IMG/VR virus record: IMGVR_UViG_3300032236_002285
Span: 124,001 to 188,000 of that record
Direction: 5' to 3' (one strand)
DNA length: 64,000 bases
A model generated the notes under the pieces. That model saw only the letters and a list, made by a program, of their open reading frames with translations. It was not told where the DNA came from and ran no database searches. Shown here in pieces: positions 57,977 through 64,000 of the stretch. The first letter of the stretch is position 1, and the number at the start of each line of letters is the position of its first letter. Position numbers and translations under genes: made by a program.

Positions 57977-58157
57977 CAGAGACGTTATTGAAATCTTTGG
58001 TCAATTACTTAATAGTAATAAAGAAATTATGATGTTGAATTCTAGACAAACTGGTAAATCATCATCAGCGGCTCTTGTTAACTGGAGAAAAACATTTGAT
58101 AAGTATAATCGTGCTCAAGATAGAAAAGAAACCATAAAACGACTTTTTAATATATAA
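57969..58157 (+). CDS. 62-aa micro-protein: terminase Walker-A-like segment plus RKETIKRLF helix
   Basis: IMMLNSRQTGKS...DRKETIKRLFNI. Confidence 0.7.
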   Translation: MDNRDVIEIFGQLLNSNKEIMMLNSRQTGKSSSAALVNWRKTFDKYNRAQDRKETIKRLFNI

Positions 58158-58170
58158 TTAATAAAAAGAA

Positions 58171-58737
58171 ATGAATATTATGAATTTACAAGAATTATTA
58201 AATAAATGGGGTATCAAATGTGATGTTAATACTTTGCTTGCTATGTGGAATGAATCTCATAGATCTTATCACACTTTAACTCACTTAAATGATTTAATTG
58301 AACAAATTAACGAAAGTAAGTCAAAGTACTCTGAAAAAGAATATGAGAAGTTGATGTTAGCCGCACTTTTTCATGATTGTGTTTACGATCCAATGAAAAG
58401 TGATAATGAGGAAAAATCAGCTGACTTCTTTATGGAATGTTGCTCTGATAAATCAAATCCAGACGTTTTAGAAGTAAAACAAATGATTCTTGATACAAAG
58501 ACTCACGAAGCTACAACAAACCTTTCAGAGTCGTTTAATCATTATGATATGAGTATTGTAGAAAGAGATTTTGACCAATTATTAGATTGGGAAAATGGTA
58601 TTCACGAAGAGTATAAAGCTTATGGTGAAGCTTACAAAGAAGGTAGATTGAAATTTTTAGAATCTGTTTTAGATAAATACCCTCATAATACAGAAAACTT
58701 ACTTAAATTAATTGAGTGGGTAAAAAATAATTATTAA
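58171..58737 (+). CDS. HD-superfamily metal-dependent phosphohydrolase
   Basis: RSYHTLTH, LAALFHDCVYDP, NEEKSA, HYD. Confidence 0.85.
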   Translation: MNIMNLQELLNKWGIKCDVNTLLAMWNESHRSYHTLTHLNDLIEQINESKSKYSEKEYEKLMLAALFHDCVYDPMKSDNEEKSADFFMECCSDKSNPDVLEVKQMILDTKTHEATTNLSESFNHYDMSIVERDFDQLLDWENGIHEEYKAYGEAYKEGRLKFLESVLDKYPHNTENLLKLIEWVKNNY

Positions 58738-58738
58738 A

Positions 58739-59629
58739 ATGTTTATTAAAAAATTTGAAGATTTTAATCAGTTTAATTTAATTATAGAAAGACTACATAT
58801 AAATAAAGAAATTGATGAATATTCTGATAAAATTTATCCTATAATATCCGATTCTGATAAATTTTATTTTGAATTTACCGATATACCCAGTAAATTAAAT
58901 ATATCTAAACTGGTTATAAATATTAAAGATATGGAACCTGGTTTATCTGGTCAATTAGATTTAAATAAATCTAAAGAGACTAAAAACGGATGGATTATCT
59001 ATGTAGATTTGAAGAAAAAATTTCATTTATATACACTTAAACATGAGTTGAATCATGCTCTTAGACTTACTTTAATTGGTAAGGATAAAATGATTAAAAA
59101 CCTAAACTATATAAAATCTCAAAATATATTCATATCTAAAGATAATGAAATGGAATACTTTTTCTATTTAATATATCTGGCAAATGATGAGGAAATAAAC
59201 TCAAAGATTATGGAAACTAATGGGTTTATAAGAGAAGTTATGACTAAATGGGAAGTTAATAAATTAACAAAAGAACAATTTGATTATATAATAAAAAGTA
59301 CTCATGCTTTTAAACAATCTAATGAATTAATTAATTTTAAATGTGATGATTTGTTTAAGAATTATGATGAAAATAAATTAAATAAGTTATTTTGTATATT
59401 AGAGGAAAATAAATCCGAACTGGACAGAATACAAGATAGTAAATTTTATAAATTAAAATTGATAATTAAGATATTTAAAGATATATTTAACAATAAGACC
59501 GGTTTTAATCAAGATGATAAAAATATCTATAAACCTAAAAAGGGTAAAAAATTTTATGATACTTGGATACCATCACAAGGAGATAAACTAAAAAAAAGAA
59601 TCTATTCATTATATGAACACTACCAATAA
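58739..59629 (+). CDS. protein with HExxH zinc-binding motif and MFIKKFEDF N-terminus
   Basis: LKHELNHA plus downstream DEE. Confidence 0.6.
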   Translation: MFIKKFEDFNQFNLIIERLHINKEIDEYSDKIYPIISDSDKFYFEFTDIPSKLNISKLVINIKDMEPGLSGQLDLNKSKETKNGWIIYVDLKKKFHLYTLKHELNHALRLTLIGKDKMIKNLNYIKSQNIFISKDNEMEYFFYLIYLANDEEINSKIMETNGFIREVMTKWEVNKLTKEQFDYIIKSTHAFKQSNELINFKCDDLFKNYDENKLNKLFCILEENKSELDRIQDSKFYKLKLIIKIFKDIFNNKTGFNQDDKNIYKPKKGKKFYDTWIPSQGDKLKKRIYSLYEHYQ

Positions 59630-60062
59630 CATGCAATATGGAGTAATTTATATTAAAATTTGCCCTAAGGGTTCTGGTGCTTGGATAAAACATTGTCATA
59701 TCTTATCAGCAACACCAATGTCATTTCAAAAAAATGTAGTTGATATTAAGAATAATATTAACTCAAAATACTCAGATGATATTGTGATTAAAATGGATCT
59801 TAGTATTCACCCCGGTTGTACTACAACGGCTGAAAGTGTTGAAAAGGTAGCAACTGATATGTATAATCAATTTTGTGAATTAGCCGAAAGACAAGGTATT
59901 CCTAATTCAATTAGATGTGTTTATTCAGTTGGTGAAATTAAAGATGTTAGTGTAGATTCAACACATCATATAATGCCGGTAAATGGTAAATATGATGATG
60001 TTATGATTAGAGTTGGTCACTTCTTAGACGAATTTGATGAACCTGGATTATTTAAAATATAA
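59613..60062 (+). CDS. hypothetical protein
   Basis: 149-aa ORF. Confidence 0.65.
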   Translation: MNTTNNMQYGVIYIKICPKGSGAWIKHCHILSATPMSFQKNVVDIKNNINSKYSDDIVIKMDLSIHPGCTTTAESVEKVATDMYNQFCELAERQGIPNSIRCVYSVGEIKDVSVDSTHHIMPVNGKYDDVMIRVGHFLDEFDEPGLFKI

Positions 60063-60084
60063 AAACCTCTCAATTGAGAGGTTT
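60061..60084. terminator. bidirectional terminator, identical to 150-173
   Basis: AAAACCTCTCAATTGAGAGGTTTT. Confidence 0.85.
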
Positions 60085-60087
60085 TTT

Positions 60088-60432
60088 TTATTTCTTTCTA
60101 ATTATCATTTTATAAACTTTATCATTATTGATAAAATATTCACCACTTTTCTGTTCAAATTCTGGTCCTATTGTTTTTGCAATCTCACTTCCTAAATCTT
60201 TGATTTTATCTTTAATTGCAAATGCCCAAATATTAATTGTTAATATACCATCTTTTATAATCAGTGCTGAATTATTAGATTTATCTAACTTTACATTATC
60301 AGAAAAGTAGTTTGGATTCAAACCGTATTTTTTCAAGATAGAAAATATATTTTTTGATATTGATTTTAATTCTAAATCTGTATTGGCATCTTCATTTATC
60401 GACCAATTTTCAAATAATTTTAAATATTTCAT
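60088..60432 (-). CDS. hypothetical protein with MKYLKLFE N-terminus
   Basis: 114 aa; AATATATA at 60455-60462. Confidence 0.75.
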   Translation of the reverse strand: MKYLKLFENWSINEDANTDLELKSISKNIFSILKKYGLNPNYFSDNVKLDKSNNSALIIKDGILTINIWAFAIKDKIKDLGSEIAKTIGPEFEQKSGEYFINNDKVYKMIIRKK

Positions 60433-60465
60433 AATGATTATTTTTTTATTAATGTATATATTAAT

Positions 60466-61188
60466 TTAAAAATTCATAATTATTAATTCTGTACCCATAA
60501 TTGTTATTTTAGAATCAAATTTACAATTAGGATAAAGCTCTTCTATTCCATCAAAGTAGTAATAGCTTAGTAAAAATCTACCTTTAATATTATTTAGAAC
60601 TTCAGCAAGTTCTTTATGAGTTTCTTTATTGAAATCGTGATTGATGTAATATTCTTCTTTACCAAAATAAGGAGGATCTACATAAAAGAATGTTGATTCA
60701 GAATCATACATCTCAATTACTTTTTTATAATCGTAGTTGTGTATTTTATTTATTTTATACAAGTGATACTCATAAGCTCGATATTTCATTTTAAGTATAT
60801 TGAACTCACTATTATCTCTCCAAGAGTCTTTTCCTATTTCATATGGTGATGAGCAGCAAAGTACAACTAACCAGTAAAGAGAAAGTAACATTTCATCCTT
60901 TTCGGTTATCATGTTTTTCAAGCAACTTCTGTAGTATTCTTCATCTACTTCAGTTTTTTTGAATATCTCAATAAAGTCAGGATTTTTTAGATTTTTGAAT
61001 AGTAAATAGTTTAGATTGTTTTTATCATTATAGATAAAATTAACATCCTTAAACTTAGTAAAATCTAGTGCAAAAAAAATACCAAACATTCCACCAAATG
61101 GTTCCACATAAGTGGAAATATTCGTAGGTATGTTTGGTATTATGAAATTCGCAAATTTAGATTTTTCTCCTAAGTAGGGTATTAGCAT
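60466..61188 (-). CDS. Dam-like (D12 class) N6-adenine DNA methyltransferase
   Basis: IPYLGEK, YVEPFGG, IYND, FFYVDPPY, FLLSYY. Confidence 0.88.
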   Translation of the reverse strand: MLIPYLGEKSKFANFIIPNIPTNISTYVEPFGGMFGIFFALDFTKFKDVNFIYNDKNNLNYLLFKNLKNPDFIEIFKKTEVDEEYYRSCLKNMITEKDEMLLSLYWLVVLCCSSPYEIGKDSWRDNSEFNILKMKYRAYEYHLYKINKIHNYDYKKVIEMYDSESTFFYVDPPYFGKEEYYINHDFNKETHKELAEVLNNIKGRFLLSYYYFDGIEELYPNCKFDSKITIMGTELIIMNF

Positions 61189-61197
61189 CTAAACTTA

Positions 61198-61431
61198 TTA
61201 ATTTTTTGACTTCACAGATTTCTTAATTTCTTTGTGAAGTTGCTTGAAGATAGATTTAACTTCTCCAAATTTCATTTCCCCACTAATTGCTGCCATATAA
61301 TCAGTTTCTAATTTACTAATTTTTTCATGAACAGGATAAACGGTTATAGCTTTTGTAGCTCTTGGTTTTCTTGTCTTTACATTAGAATTTGCTTCGGCTT
61401 TCATAGAAGGAGTTGTTTTTGAATTTTCCAT
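61198..61431 (-). CDS. small basic hypothetical protein
   Basis: 77 aa, Lys-rich. Confidence 0.65.
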   Translation of the reverse strand: MENSKTTPSMKAEANSNVKTRKPRATKAITVYPVHEKISKLETDYMAAISGEMKFGEVKSIFKQLHKEIKKSVKSKN

Positions 61432-61476
61432 ATGTTTTTATGTTATAAAAGTTATATTAAAAAAATGTTATTTGTT

Positions 61477-62586
61477 TTATTTTTTAAATTCTTTTTTATC
61501 ATTAGAAACATAAAAGTTATCAAAGTTGTAATATTTTTTATAGACTTCTTTAATCTTTTTCATATTAACATCATCTAGGATATCATAAACTGACCAACCT
61601 TCTGGATTAATATATTGATTAACATTCTTATATCTAAGAATCTCGTCTTTTTCCATTCTTACTTTATAATAATCTTTAACAAGATTGAATCTTTCTTTTG
61701 TTAAATACTTATCAGGATTTGTAATTACCTCTTTAACTGAATCAACTACACCATTAAAGTTTTTGTTAGAAGTTTGAGTTGAAATAGTATTAATACCTTG
61801 ATTATTAACTCTTGATAAATAACAATGTACATAATAAACTAAGCCTCTTTTTTCTCTAATTTCTTGATAAAGAGGAGATTTTAATCCTAATGATAACATA
61901 GCATTAATAAAGTGAACATAAGCAAAATCCTCTTCAATTATTGGAGAAAGAATAGCAATAGATGTTTTATCTTTGAATTCATTACTTAATTCCAAATCAA
62001 CATCATGATTTCCAAATTCTAAAGTTTTCTTAATTTCTCTTTTAGCAAAATCAATAGTGTTGTTTTTATAAGGCTTGTTCTTAGAAACATTAATGATTTT
62101 TGTTGGCTTAGCATATTGAAGTTCAAAAAAGTTCAAACAATCCATATACTTTAAGTTTTCCAAATCTTCTTTCAATCCAATTGGGTCAAAGTCACCAAAT
62201 AATTTACGAGAAAGATTTAACATATGTGTTTGAGTTTGGTCATTAAAACAATCCATATACTCTTCAAGTACGATATTTCTTTCATTCTCAAATTGTTCCT
62301 TAGTAACATTAAATTCACCAAGTAAGTCCATAAACTCACCTTTCCACTTATTTACTTTTTCATCTAAACCTGTTAGATAGAAAACGATTTCATTTGAACT
62401 CGTGTAAGCATTCCAATCAATACCATCTTTATCAAAATCTTCTTGAAGATGATCAAAGTTTTTACACATTAAATGTTCCATTAAATGGCTAATACCATAC
62501 CAACCTTTTTTCTCAAGGTTTGTTGAACCTTCATAAACTACATAAAAACCAGAAAGGTCTGTTTGAGATTTTAAATTTATTATCAT
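61477..62586 (-). CDS. M16 family zinc peptidase
   Basis: GISHLMEHL (HxxEH), NAYTS, ERNIVLEEY, LYQEIREKRGLVY. Confidence 0.92.
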   Translation of the reverse strand: MIINLKSQTDLSGFYVVYEGSTNLEKKGWYGISHLMEHLMCKNFDHLQEDFDKDGIDWNAYTSSNEIVFYLTGLDEKVNKWKGEFMDLLGEFNVTKEQFENERNIVLEEYMDCFNDQTQTHMLNLSRKLFGDFDPIGLKEDLENLKYMDCLNFFELQYAKPTKIINVSKNKPYKNNTIDFAKREIKKTLEFGNHDVDLELSNEFKDKTSIAILSPIIEEDFAYVHFINAMLSLGLKSPLYQEIREKRGLVYYVHCYLSRVNNQGINTISTQTSNKNFNGVVDSVKEVITNPDKYLTKERFNLVKDYYKVRMEKDEILRYKNVNQYINPEGWSVYDILDDVNMKKIKEVYKKYYNFDNFYVSNDKKEFKK

Positions 62587-62636
62587 TTATACACACTTTT
62601 ATTTAGTGTTATATATTTAGTAAGTAAGAATGTTTA

Positions 62637-63566
62637 TTATTTATTAATGTCAAATTTAGACCAAATAACAAGGTCACCATCTACATACTGTACTTCAGTA
62701 GGAACCCACTTTAAGTAAACAATAAATCTAGAAGATATTTCTTCACTAGTAATCTTAGTTCCAAATTTTGAATTTATTTTATCAGCAATACCTTGACAGA
62801 AAATAATTAATCTATCTTCTTCAACTACTGAAAATTCATTTATTGTTATAAATTGTTCAACATAGCTTTTTACCGATTTATTATAGTTTGCGGTTGTTGG
62901 ATTATCTGTTAGGTTTTTAGTAATTATTTTTGACCAGTTTTCTTTTAAGTCATCTTGTAAATAAGTAAGAGCTACTTCATGGTATTTTTCCATTAAACCA
63001 GGAATTTCGTTAATATAAAGCTGACCATAAGGTGTTTGATGATATCCATATTTATATCTAATTATGATTTCATCAACACCATTAAATAAAGCCCAACCAT
63101 CACCACCAAGAAAAATTTTATTTTTATCAAGTCCTAATTTATCGGCTGTAAAGTAAAGATAAACATCACAAAAACCATTTGTGCTATCTAATCTTGTTGA
63201 CTTATACCACTCAAAGAAATCCCTACCTGTTATTTTATTTGCTTCCTCTGAGAAGATAAGTTTAATAATTTCAAAAGTCCAACCTTTTTTCTCAAGTTCT
63301 GATTGTAGATATTGATAATCTTCTTCTGGTTTTGCATTTTCTCTTTTACAAAGGTCAGAAAAAGACAAAGTACTAAAATTTTCAGTTACTCCAATAATAT
63401 CATCAGAAAAAGTATCTCTTAATTCTATAAGTTCCTGTCTTTTATTATCAGCAATCATTTTTTTAACATCTGATTCTGATATAACAATTTGTTTTCCATT
63501 AACATCATAAACTACAATGTCTTCCTTAATGAATTCATTATACTTCTTCAACAACTTCTTCTTCAT
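62637..63566 (-). CDS. hypothetical protein with LKKYNEFIKE N-terminus
   Basis: 309-aa ORF. Confidence 0.75.
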   Translation of the reverse strand: MKKKLLKKYNEFIKEDIVVYDVNGKQIVISESDVKKMIADNKRQELIELRDTFSDDIIGVTENFSTLSFSDLCKRENAKPEEDYQYLQSELEKKGWTFEIIKLIFSEEANKITGRDFFEWYKSTRLDSTNGFCDVYLYFTADKLGLDKNKIFLGGDGWALFNGVDEIIIRYKYGYHQTPYGQLYINEIPGLMEKYHEVALTYLQDDLKENWSKIITKNLTDNPTTANYNKSVKSYVEQFITINEFSVVEEDRLIIFCQGIADKINSKFGTKITSEEISSRFIVYLKWVPTEVQYVDGDLVIWSKFDINK

Positions 63567-63684
63567 GTAAAATTTGTTCTTTTTCTAATTCTTTTTTTGC
63601 AACTTCAGCAACATAATTAGCCCACTCTTCATCCATATAGCCGATGTCGCTATTGTTATAAAATGATATTGGTTCTTTTTTCAT
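63538..63684 (-). CDS. 48-aa acidic hypothetical protein
   Basis: Manual translation MKKEPISFYNNSDIGYMDEEWANYVAEVAKKELEKEQILHEEEVVEEV*; ATG 5 nt after AATATATA. Confidence 0.5.
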   Translation of the reverse strand: MKKEPISFYNNSDIGYMDEEWANYVAEVAKKELEKEQILHEEEVVEEV

Positions 63685-63695
63685 AAGAGTATATA

Positions 63696-63998
63696 TTAAG
63701 AAATTTTTCTGTTTTTTAAGTAATTTAAAAAATCAAAAGAGTTATCTTGATAAGTATTTAATATTTCTTTATTGATATTTATTTCTAAAATATCATCTAA
63801 ATATTGGTTCTTTTGGAAGTAGTGTTCAGCCGGATCTTTAGCGACTTTACTGATAACAGTTTTAGTTTTAATATTATTGAGTTCAAAAAAATCTTTTAGA
63901 ATAGCTGATGATCTTAACCCTACTTCATCTTTATCGGAAAAGATAACAATTGAAGAAGGTTTCTTTTTTATTACTTGATAAAGTTGAATACCTGACCA
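63696..63998 (-). CDS. partial CDS (3' end), TOPRIM/primase-like C-terminus
   Basis: Manual translation ...SIVIFSDKDEVGLRSS...KDPAEHYF...; DxD.G and KDPxE resemble the DnaG TOPRIM domain. Confidence 0.5.
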   Translation of the reverse strand, partial: WSGIQLYQVIKKKPSSIVIFSDKDEVGLRSSAILKDFFELNNIKTKTVISKVAKDPAEHYFQKNQYLDDILEININKEILNTYQDNSFDFLNYLKNRKIS

Positions 63999-64000
63999 CA

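Noticed and set aside
1953-60310. Short antisense or alternate-frame ORFs in the track (e.g. 1953, 2859, 4660, 5047, 6802, 7321, 10808, 13981, 16212, 16267, 19116, 21766, 21953, 21960, 23914, 27841, 29103, 31637, 32622, 34732, 43831, 47191, 50491, 56220, 60128)
   Set aside because: They lie within well-supported genes, show no motifs, and several are shadows of coding repeats.
1-64000. Stop-codon reassignment as in some large phages
   Set aside because: ORFs of up to 5 kb are open under the standard code, and TAG ends genes at sensible positions (e.g. 3473, 3636).
1-64000. Eukaryotic giant virus or bacterial chromosome origin
   Set aside because: Operon overlaps, intrinsic terminators, bacterial promoters, GreA/bS21, T4-like motifs and the lack of housekeeping operons fit a jumbo phage.

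Overview
AT-rich (roughly 27-28% GC by eye) 64-kb piece of a jumbo/huge T4-like (myovirus-type) phage genome, standard genetic code. The host is most likely Bacteroidota: TAnnTTTG/-33 TTTG promoters, almost no Shine-Dalgarno sites, and a Flavobacteriia-like ribosomal protein bS21. Two blocks of very large virion-type genes (17.8-38.1 kb on +, 48.6-56.2 kb on -) lie among accessory genes: cysteine synthase, tRNA-Cys(GCA), GreA, PhoH, two Nudix, two HAD-like, metallophosphoesterase, nucleotidyltransferase, RNA-ligase-like enzyme, SLOG, Sir2, HD hydrolase, Dam-like methylase, M16/M28/zincin peptidases, SbcC/gp46, DnaJ, bS21 and a PaaK-like adenylating enzyme. The most striking pattern is a family of about 16 mostly small ORFs sharing an R-x-x-K-[IL]-x-x-[IL] helix. 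Several of them are otherwise just isolated signature motifs of core proteins: major capsid N-terminus, tail sheath N-terminus, terminase Walker A and motif III, PolB motif B, SF4 helicase Walker B and a UVR domain. I interpret these as a possible decoy/mimic micro-protein system. Other notable patterns: about 12 proteins with a T4-like capsid-targeting N-terminus, a recurrent AATATATA late-promoter candidate, leaderless transcripts, a tRNA with a compensatory U19-A56 elbow pair, and a gene whose mRNA ends are complementary. All family assignments come from motif recognition by eye; no database search was run.
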